DNA from: Tubiluchus corallicola
Taxonomy: Eukaryota; Animalia; Priapulida
Direction: 5' to 3'
Assembly: GCA_030141605.1 (NCBI GenBank)
Contig: JAQGDQ010000002.1
Coordinates: 992,001-1,056,000 of the forward strand
DNA: 64,000 bases
Shown here piece by piece: positions 40,001 to 50,700 of this stretch. The first letter of the stretch is position 1. Every line of letters starts with the position of its first letter. The translations under genes and the position numbers were made by a program. The notes under the pieces are model-generated. The model did not search any database. It worked only from the letters and a program-made list of their open reading frames with translations, and had not been told where the DNA came from.

Positions 40001-41513
40001 AACACCATCAAGAAATATAACCATAGTTCTTAGTAATGTTATTGTTGAAAAAAGTCACATGTTAAATATTTGGGAATATTTCTTGATGAGCACTTAAACT
40101 GGAAGTACCAAATAAGTATAATAAAGCATAAATTGAGTAAAACCTTGGGAATCATCTACAAATTACGCAAGTTTGTTAACAGAGAAACATTGATGAAAAT
40201 CTATTACAGTTTAGTCTACCCATATCTAATATATGGCGTCATGTCTTGGGGTGGTGTATATAAAAGTAATCTGGAAGCTTTACAAATCACCCAGAACAAA
40301 ATTCTCAAACTAATATATCATGTAAGGTATGACCATCCCACAAATATAATTTACTTGTCTGTTAAAACTCTTAAAGTGAAAGAAATATGACATCTATTGT
40401 CTCCATTTCGTGCATCAGTATCATAATTTACTACTTCCACCAGCTTTTCAGTCATACTTTAGTCCAGTTTCAAATCAACATGATCATTACACAAGATATT
40501 CAGTCGGAAACTATGTACTCTCTCTTCCAAAAACAAATATAATGAAACAGTCATCAAAATATAATGCTATTAAAATATGGTCATCAATTCCGCGTGAAAT
40601 GAAAACTTTTAATCTTTATCAATTTAAAATAGCATCAAAGAATTACCTACTACAACGGTATAATTAACTCACAATTTTACTCATCCTGATCTTAAGTTAC
40701 TAGCAAAACTTATTTTGTCCTAATGTACGTTATAACTGATGAAAATGTAATGTTAATTGTCAATTGTTTCACTTATCTGGAGGAGGACTCGAAAGCTCAA
40801 TGCTCCTTCCTCCTCCTCACAGCAACTAGCATAGTTTATTTTTTTTTCAATGTAATATCAATTTGTATGTGTGTTTGAGTTGCTGTGGAATAAATTCATA
40901 ATTTATACCATTCTACCATGCTTTGTAAAACTCGCATAGTTTATTTATTTTTAATGTAATATCAATTTGTATGTGTGTTTGAGATGCTGTGGAATAAATT
41001 CATAATTCATACCATTCTACCATACTTTGTCCAACTTGAAAGCCTATCAATTCCAAAGACGACATGGCATTCTCCTGAAAAAAGAGGAATGCGAATTTAT
41101 ACATAAAAAACAGAATTTATAATCATCATTAATTGACGATACAAACCAATTAAAAACTGAGTATACCAAGACAAGTGTGACTCTAATTTCTGCACGGCAA
41201 ACCAGCTCTATCGCAGCAGGCTTTGCCCGTAATTATCTCTCTTGTTACACCTCTGTCAATCGTTTCATTACATTTTCTCTCTCGCGTTACATTAAATTTT
41301 TAAGTTTTCATTTTCTCTCTCGCGTTCATTAAATTTTTATGTTTTCTCAAAAAAGTCGTCTCTCAAATGGAAGGTTACAGCAAGTATACTACATAATTAG
41401 TGCAAAAGTTAGGTTACATTGACACTCACGTTCCCATCTTTTTTAGAGTCATTATCAAAAAAACTGTTTATCATTTCCATGTGTAAGAAGTCAAACAAAA
41501 CTTCGTCAGCCAT
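31014..41513 (-). CDS. TRAPPC6B: Trafficking protein particle complex subunit 6 (TRAPPC6B-like), 157 aa
   Basis: Exons 41430-41513, 41013-41074, 33703-33820, 33162-33245, 31623-31716, 31014-31045 (474 nt, open). Translation: MADEVLFDFLHMEM..RFKDELDMIKFICKEFW..KKQIDNLRTNHQGVYVLQDNRFRLL..TCGLLRGALSNLG..MPACKFQIQIQRA*. Confidence 0.96.
34645..35463. mobile_element. hAT-like MITE with GAATC subterminal repeats
   Basis: TIRs tagggatgt / acatcccta; 8-bp TSD gtactcac / gtactcat. Confidence 0.8.
36633..36778. repeat. Diverged ~82-bp tandem duplication
   Basis: tactgcaaa.gta.ttcgtgaaatttttg...tgtac...ca.gtag.ct..cca occurs twice. Confidence 0.7.
37427..41010 (+). mobile_element. Near full-length decayed CR1/L2-group LINE (PHD finger, APE endonuclease, RT) in TRAPPC6B intron 2
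   Basis: PHD C-x2-C..C-x2-C..H-x2-C..C-x2-C (37496-37636). Endonuclease motifs GISETRL, GGVGLYI, IYRHP, MGDLN, TLIDHIY, SDHLP. RT motifs NYRPIS, QFGFRKSHST, GVHQGS, FADG (catalytic DD lost), LGIFLDEHLNWK. The 3' UTR has hairpins and AATAAA. Confidence 0.92.
41271..41346. repeat. ~39-bp tandem duplication in TRAPPC6B intron 1
   Basis: cattttctctctcgcgtt(a)cattaaattttta.gtttt occurs twice. Confidence 0.85.
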
Positions 41514-41743
41514 GCTGCCTAGTGCTTAACGCAAACTACGGCACGTGCAGTGAATGTCGGTGACGTACCCATTTTTTTTTAGTTTCACGCTTGTTTGTGT
41601 ATTGTTTATTGTAAAATAAAAATTCATAAGAGCACAGTAATTAAAAACTGTTCTAACAAAATTAACTTGCGTTTGAATTTAAATTACAACTTATAATAAT
41701 AATTTTTGCAAACAGGTAGCGCCAGATAATACGAGAAAAGAAA
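41514..41743. promoter_or_regulatory. Bidirectional promoter between TRAPPC6B and PNN
   Basis: Only 230 bp between divergent ATGs; locally CpG-containing, with E-box CACGTG at 41542-41547 and CRE-like TGACGT at 41561-41566. Confidence 0.75.
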
Positions 41744-44700
41744 ATGATGGCTGTTGCTGCCGATGTTTTATCTCTGCAATTAGAATTGGATAAAGCCAAA
41801 GAAAGTTTGGTGAATGTAGATGAAAATATCAAAAAATTGACTGGGAGAGATCCAAGTGATCAACGGTAAGTGTTGTAATTGATGATGCGTTTATGGAAGA
41901 AAGATTTAAGGCGATATAAATTCGTTATCATACACCACTCTTAAAATATTAAAGCGTAGCGGTTAATCCAGCAAGCTTATTGGAACCCCATATTTCGATA
42001 ATAAATATCTATCCTGTTCTTGTTCTTGAAATTGTTCACTGAAGAAACTTTAGTAGTATCATAAGTAGCATGCTTACCTTTCAAGTAGTAAGATGTTTAA
42101 CAAAGTGGGATGTTTAGGATTTAGTTTTGAATAGATAGATACATACATTTTTATTAAATTAAAATGCAATTGACAAGTAAGTGAATATAAAATGTACACA
42201 GTGACAAGCAATGTGGCAGCATATCAGCCAGTCATTTTATGATGATTGATAGATGAAATTGATAAATAGACTGTTAGTGTTAATTGGCAATGGCGTCATA
42301 CTTATTTAGTACAACTTATTATAATTAAATTAAATATCACTACTAAAAATACATTTATTACAATGCACATCTCACAATAGATTGGGAAAATTATAAACAC
42401 GCATATTAAAAAGTTTTAAACTGTGTCCTCTGGTTTTTGAATCAACAGCTAAATTAAAGAAATTTTCAGGCAAACTGTTTTCTTAATTCCGGTGTGGTCA
42501 AATTGCAATACTTCATTCTGTCTAAATAAGCGAGATTTTTACAATGAAATATTCTTGTAGCATACCTTTGTGTCTCTCTGATAATGGGAATTCTAAATGT
42601 GCACACAGTACTCTAGATGTGTCTAACCAAACCAATTTATAATTTCAATATAATTTCTTTATTTCTAGAAACAACTTGCCTCTTTATCGTCCCTGCTGAG
42701 AAAATTTCAAGTCTGATGCTTTTATCATACCTAGAGCATTTTTGCTATTTGTGCTATGAAGAGTTGTTCCCTTCATAACATAATCTGTTTTAAAATTCCC
42801 AAAACCACAGTGCATTACCTCACATTTATCAACTTTAAATAACATCTGCCAAACGTCTTTATCAATATTATCACTGAAAATAGTGAAAAACACCGGTCCG
42901 AGTACCAATGCTTGTTGAGCACCATTTGTCACCAACATTTAAGACGATTCTACATCATCAAGCATGATATATTGTTTTCTTCCCAACAACCACTCTTCAG
43001 TCCAACTAGTACAGGCTGATATTTTTAACTAATCTTAGATGAAGCACTTTATCAAATGCCTTGGCAAAATTATCTACAAGATTTCTTTTATCAAGCATAA
43101 AAGTAACATCATCAAAAAATCTTATCTGATCGGTCAAACACGGCCTTTAGTGAATCCATGTTGGGAGTCGAATAATAAATTATTTTTTTCTAAATGGTCA
43201 GTGATGCAAATAGATTCCATTGTAAAAAAGTAGTCTTATAATTACTAGGATCACGTTGCATACCTTTTGTAAAAATAGGTTTTACATCAACTGTGAGTAC
43301 TTGATGAGTCAACAAATTTTGATGGACAGTGCTTACACAAATAGTCTGGAAGTTTAATTAATAATTTATAACCAAAATTATGAAGACCACACATTTTATT
43401 GAATTTACATTTACAAATGTAATTAATGAGCAAAGTCTTCTGATATTTGTATATCAATATCATATACATATATCAGACATAAACCTTTTGCTTTATTCGT
43501 TCTGTCTTATTCTAGTTAAAATCCAGTGCTTTGGTTTAAAATGTGTATTGTTTTATATGTAAAGAAACTGAGCATGATGTTGTTGTTTAAATTATAGATT
43601 GGGTTTAGCTGGGCGTAGGGTACCCGCTGCAGGGACATTTGCTCGGTTGGCTGCTCGACAAAATCCTGGTGCAAGGTAGTAAACTTAAAAGTTTATAGTT
43701 TGTGTATTTTAATGGTCTGTAGTTCTGTTTTTGAAAAATATGTTACTGTAAAAGTGAGCTTATTAAAAATATGAACGTAATACAGTAATTGACATACTTA
43801 AATTTGTATATATACACAAGTCCAAATCTGTCTTGTGTGGTTGCCATAAACTGGATATATATTTGTAAGCTGGATACATTTAGGTGCTGAAGTTAGTCGC
43901 TCATGTACTTATATGAATTGTGTTGTAGTGGATTGTTACTTATTGATTAGTCCAACTTACAAGTAGGGTTGCCGTTTTGTACAATTCTGATTATCACATT
44001 GGAAGCTAGAAATTATCTTATTTCCAAATTGCTCAAACCCCAAAATTGTTACATATTGCATATTCTATAATTATGCACAAGTATAAAATCAAATTTATGA
44101 TAACTCTGTGAAATGCACATGAGTTGTGCATGTGCAGAATCAAGCCTTATCTTTGTTGTCATGAGCATTCTTTTTCGAATTTATTGCCCTTTTCAGAGGA
44201 CTGCGACCCGCACACTTCTAACTACAAGGAAATCAGAGCTTATTTACTTTCCTCTGGTTAGCAAGTAACGTCCTGAATGTTTGCAGTGCATTCTTTTTCC
44301 ACACTTTCTTTTTTTTTGTTTTTTATTACTAAATTATTGAATAAATATCAATATATCGAGCCTCAAACTATCATAAAAATGCCAACACTGCTTGAAATTG
44401 ACTGTGTGACCTTATAAATTTTGTTTTTTTAGACAGGATGTGAGCTCTGCTGGGGCCTCTCTTGTCAGACGCCGTCCAGGAATAATCTTCAGTAGGTGAG
44501 TGGAAGCTGTTCTTGCACTGGGAATGTTAATCAGTCTGGATTAAGATATATTATATTTGAATGCTCATCTTGTTATACAAATACACACTTGTTTGAGTAT
44601 ATTGATCAATCTTATTTTGACTGTGATAGTTTGTCCTGTGTTATCACATTTTCGCTTTTTTTATTTCAGTCAACAGTTTAAGTTTTTTGTTTTATTTTAT

Positions 44701-47700
44701 CTACTTCATTAGATTAGGGCCTCGAACTGGAGCAGGTCGTGAAGGACCGGACAGCGGTGATGAAGAGGATTACCCTCATAAGGTAATTTTCACTTAACTT
44801 TGTGCAACACTTTCATATCAGTGAATCATTGGTAGCAAAATGTTGTATTTCTATGTTCAAATTCAATATTCATATCTTAATAACTGATCAGATGTTTTTT
44901 GTTATGTGTTGAATCCATTCTCTACTCCAAGTTTTTGCTTGAACATTGAAAAATGCTTGTGAAAGAAGTTACTATTCAATGTATTTCAGTATATGCACTT
45001 TATTCTCAGTAAAACACCTTTATTGATTTGTCACAAATGCATAAATTTTCTGGAATGTTGGCAACTTATTTGCAGATAACAATTTATTTATTGCCATTAA
45101 TAAAAAACCTGATCATTAAACTGAGGCTGATGCCAATGTATTTTTCACATTTAACTTTAACAGCCCGCTGTTCAGTCCTCTGTCATTGCACCACCACCCG
45201 ATGTCCACAGCAAACAGGACCTGATTCAGTCTCAAAATACAACAGATTCACGTGGAAAAGACAGGTAGGCTTCTAGGGCACTGTGGGGAGATGTTTCATG
45301 CTTTCACTTGGGGAGCTATATGATGACGCCTGAGGGTTGTCTTGACAACGATAATCATAAATCTTCAAAAGCGATGGTCTGGCTGCATCTGACCAGAACA
45401 CGAAAACCACTTTTAAATAAAGGCGAAGCACTTAGCTTGGTATCCCCTTTAATGTAAAAGTCACGGAATGCATATCATGCATAGTTTAAGGAATTAATTT
45501 AGTTCATTTAATACAACACAAATATTGTAGACCATGTATTGTGCAAAAAAAAAACTGCAGGGTTATGAGAGGAAGTGCTGTAAATGTTCATTTGCTTTAT
45601 GGTACACTGGTAATGAACAGAAGGAAAATTCCAGATCAGCAGTAGCCTTGTGAGTGTAGTTAACAGAACTGTAATGTTATTGTTACACATATATGCAGAT
45701 TTTACTTACTTACTTAGTCAAAAAAAAGGAAACAGCAAGTAGAACTAATAGTATCATTCAGGTAACAAATGTTTCGTTTGACTATTTCTATTTTGAAGCA
45801 TTTGTATGATGTACGTACTTTGTGTATTTAGAACATAAACTGTATTGATCATTATTAAAATAGTTTGGTACAAGGAACAATTTTGTAGGTGGGTCATAAA
45901 CTCTTTTATTGTAAACGAATACTTTATTGTGAAATGTCACAGAACTATTGCAACATTTTGCAAAATATTGCGATATTTCTTAAGAAAATGCGATCTTTTG
46001 CAAAAGTTATTTTGCAAAAGTAATAGTTACAATCGTATAGCAACTTGTGTGCAGGAAATGAGTGTTATTACAAACTAGAAAGAAAAAGTTGAGCTATAGT
46101 CCGCCAAATATGTAAGCTGTGGCATGATTTGGATAAGTGCTAGTAAACCAAAAACTGGATGTATGCGACACTAACAAGCATGGTACCATTACACCATTTG
46201 CTATGTGAAACATTATCAAAAAAGAAATTTTGGAAAGAATGGATGAGAACATTTCTGAAAATAAATCATATGAATTTTTCAAGAATGTTAAAAAATCAAA
46301 GGTAAAAGAAATGTAAGCTCTTTATGTCAACGAGGCAAAAACTTCCAAAGAAATTGCTGACTTGCTTGTAGGTATAATAAGTTCTACGTTGTAGGTGATA
46401 ATTCTGATGAAATAAAGAATTTAAAACAATTGCTAGATCAGCATTACGGTAATAATAGTTCATTTCCTTTAATTACAGTGTATGACATAATAAACACAAA
46501 CACAATGGGCTCTAAAGGATTTTAACAGGTCATTTCCTTCTATGTTTGCGCATATCTTTTTATTTGGTGCTATGATCATGCGTAATGTTGGATTAACACC
46601 CATTGGATCAACAATTTGCTTCAAAGAAAAAAATCTCAACCAGTATGTGCACCATCATACTAAAGCAAACAGTAAATTATTACTTAAATAATAATTCTAT
46701 AGCCTATTACACTCTACTCGCTGCGTCCAAGGCATTTGACAAAGTTTACTATCGTAAACTCTTTGAGAAATTAATTTCAAGAAAAATTCCAGCTACTATT
46801 GTTTATAGATTATTTTAAATATTTACACTGATTAAGAAGTTTGTGTGTCTTGTAGTATTGCTTACTCTGAGTTTGTTGCAATTACTTAGACAGGGAGCTG
46901 TATTGTCCTCTCTTGTTGTTTATATCTTGATGGCGTATCATCTAATGTATCGAACTTTAATGTTGGTTGCCATACAGGAAATAAGTATTGTTGTGCTATT
47001 TCGCACGCTGATGATTTGTGGTTATTGAGTTCTGACCTTGAAGCTATGCAATCTATGTTAAACATGTGAGCAATATGCATGTTGTAATGCTTTGTAATGT
47101 TTCAGAAATCGGAGAATGTTTGGACTGCTGATGGGCACCCTTCGTAAATTTAAAAATGAAGCAAATGATTTTGTGAACATGGAAAAGGTGAGTAAGTTAT
47201 TGCGTGTGCTTCTGTTGAATATAAAGAATTATTAATTGGTGTGATGTATTTGTATAACTATAACTATAACTATGAACTTTAAAGTTGGCTGTGGTAGAAA
47301 GAATCTGCATTTGCTCTACATTGAACCTAGATGATCAAGGCCAGCTGACTAAACACCTGGATATATTTAATCTAGTATATAAACTTGCATTGTTTGTTGA
47401 GTATAGATATTGTAGAGCAGTGGAAATTATTACAAAAAATAGTTTTGCTGGAAATGTAATAGTAGTTGGATTTGTCACCAAAATCTGTGATGTAATTTGT
47501 TACCTTTCCAGGAACATAGGCGGCAGGTGATAGACAAAAAATTGGAAGAGCAGGAACAGCAAGAAAAAGAGGAGTTGAGAAAAGAGAGGGAGAGCCTTTT
47601 CTTGGCAAGGCGTGAGAAACAGAGAAATATTCGTCGGATTGAACAGAAAATGGAGCTGGTCAGAATGGTAAATACTTGATTTGTACTGGGAAAAATAGCC

Positions 47701-50700
47701 AATGTTGATTGATTGATTGATCGTTTATTGACTAAAAAGAATTATATAATGCAGGTCAAGCAGTATCATAATAAAAATGTTTTAAGTCCAGTGAACACTT
47801 AACAAACTACAAGGCAGGTATACATGTACATACTTGCGCATGTACATCGTTGATATTTTTACTTACATTTGGAGACAAGTTTGCATCATAATGCAAGTTA
47901 TTTTGTTTTTAATTTTGCTATATAGCAAAATTGTAGGTAGCTTTACCAAATAACAGAGGAATCTGGCTCTTGCTAAATTTTATGTAGTGATCTTATTCTT
48001 TTAGATAAATTGGCACTCCTTAGCTGATATAGAACAATTTTATGAGTTTGCCGGTTAGTAATCATTAATTGTGAGACAGAAAAGAGTGTTAAAATGAAAA
48101 CTTTGTTTTTCATTCAGGCTGTGATTAAGTACCATTACAGCACAGAGTTCAGCACATAAAAATATTCTGTAATTTTGACTAAGTGTAATTTTGTTCACAA
48201 ATCAGGTGAAAATTTTCTCATAATTAGGTTCGCTAAATAGTTAATTTTTCTCTTTTTCTTTTTCAATATTACTTTATATTGTGGCTTAATAGTTATTGTT
48301 AGTACTATTTTATTTTGATTTTGATTGGTAAATGATTGATCTTTAAATGGTTTTTGTCTTGACCTAGTACACATGCTAAGGTATGTGAAAAAGTTTGCTG
48401 TTGCCAAAAGAATTTAAATTAGTAGGGTTTTTGTTTATGTTTAAGTTTTTGCACAGAAAGTTATATCTTGTTTACTAAGCCATCAGCTTGATTGCTTTTT
48501 TTTACAGTTTGAGGAATGGGAAAAACACAGAAAAAGTTTGATGAGTTTCATTCAGACAAGGTCTAAACCACATTTGTTTTATAAGTCACGCAAATCCCAC
48601 CCCATTTTGACCAGACGCCGTGAAGATTCCACTGCTAAACTAGAAGGTACAATTCTTTGGTACTGTGTAATGAACTGCATTCGGTTGTATGCAGGATGCA
48701 GATTTTCTGCCAAAAATGGGAACAGACAGCTAGAAAATCTGCTTGTCCCGACTATAAGTTGCTTGTCCCCATTTTTTTAATATGTAAAGAATTCTGTACA
48801 GAGTTTAAATTTCTACAGCAATTTGACAACTTTACATAGAACATTTTCTTTGTACACTTATTTAAGGTTTTGCTGCATCATCTGTACTTAATAGTAAGTT
48901 CCTCATTCAAGTGATTTTCACAAAATATCCCAAACGACACTGGTTTTATTATTCGGTTGTTCGCATGCAAAAAAATCAATCTCCTTGTTGAATTTTGCAT
49001 AAAAAACAGAAATCATTTTAGTTAAATATATTTGTTCTTCTGTTTTCTTTTGTATTTTTGCTTTTTAATATAGTCGGTGTCTGAGTATGTGGAGTAGTTT
49101 GTATTTTCATGTCTAGCATGTGCTAGTGAGAATATCACCCATGAGTGGAAACTTTTTGTAATTTGGCATTTAGATGTTTCTTTGAAAACCAGATTGATTT
49201 AAATAGCACTGTAAACATTACTTTTTTATATAAACGTGGCCTCACCAACTGCATACGTTGATCTGGAAAAGATACATGGTTTTGTTAACGGCAAGGTTAG
49301 TTTGCTAGCCACGGGACCGGTGTGGTTTTGTTAGCAGAAGTACGCGGACAAATTGGTGTGTGTATGTGCATGCCCCTAAAAATAATAATTATGTTTTAAC
49401 TTTCAACTTTGTAAAATATTAGTACGCAAAGCAGTTTTGCTGTCTTTGCTAATAAAGAAATGAAGGCATTTAAACTTTTGAACTTTTTTCCATTAAAACA
49501 TTGAGGAAAAGCATATTAAGTTTGTGTCCTTCTGCCAGAAGAAGTGTCCTGCAATGTCTGCCAATCCACAAAGATTTTCCAGCCCTGGCTGTACACCGTA
49601 TGTAGTAGTTTTGTACTATTAGTACTGGAAGTTGAGTTTTTATGCCTAACTTTTGAGATGTTATTGTTGTTTGATCATTTGTTGTTTGACTTGTTTTCCT
49701 GTAGGAATCATTGAAGAGCGCAAGAAGGAACTAGAAGCAGAAATTGCACGCATTGATGGGATCAGCATTGACGAAGAGGAGGAAGAAGAAAACAGCCAGC
49801 CTGCTTTGCGTGAATTAGAAAATGGGAAGGGGGAGGGGGCAGCTGAGGTTAAAGCAGAAAAGGACATTAATTTAGATCAGAGTAAGTATTTTAAATTGTG
49901 TTAGACCACTGCTTGGCATGAACAACAGAACTTAGATTTATTTATTGTGAAAAGTTGAAAAATTATCGGTTTGATCATGTTAAATTCGTGTGACCACAAA
50001 TAGTGCAGTCAATTACAAGTTTCATTAGTGTGCCTGATTAACTTGCTGGCTATCCAGAACTTTCACTTTTTACACAATATTCGTAAGCTTTATTAAAAAC
50101 AGCCAGTGAATCTATTAAGAGGGCTTCTTAAGCTTTGTAATGGTCACATTTTTATGTCAAGATCTTCTTTTGGTTTTGTGCATTTTTAGTAAATTTATTA
50201 AGTGTTTTTACTGTTTTGTACAGTAAGTAAAGGAATAGTATGTTGTTTTTGCAAATGTTGAAACTTTTTTTTGCACTAATGATATTCGTATAAAAAAATG
50301 TATAAACTTTCATGCAGCAGCAAACAAGAATAGAATGTGATAGTGTTTGTAAATTGTAGCCCGCATTGGGCATTGTCCTGCAGTAGCTTCTAAAAGAGCA
50401 GCGTGCTGACTGGGCTGTAGTAAAGTTGGCATTGGTATGGCTACTGAGTGACTTTTTGTCTGTCATTTAGGGGCAAGTTTAAATAGCATTGCAAGTGTGA
50501 AGGTGTACTATTTTCAGTCATATGTTAAGGATTATTTTTTATTAACTCCTTCAGGACCATTAGTGTTTGCTGCATTTTGCATGGGTTCATGAAAAACTGC
50601 TCAGCAGCAATTACGTTATAATTATTTGATAATTTTTATAGGTTTTTACTTGTACAATCGCTTTTCATACAAAATTATAATTGAAATGTATGTGCTTCAC

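Noticed and set aside
45319-45410. Hammerhead ribozyme (tgatga...cgaaa)
   Set aside because: The core lacks the C of CUGANGA and the three stems cannot be built
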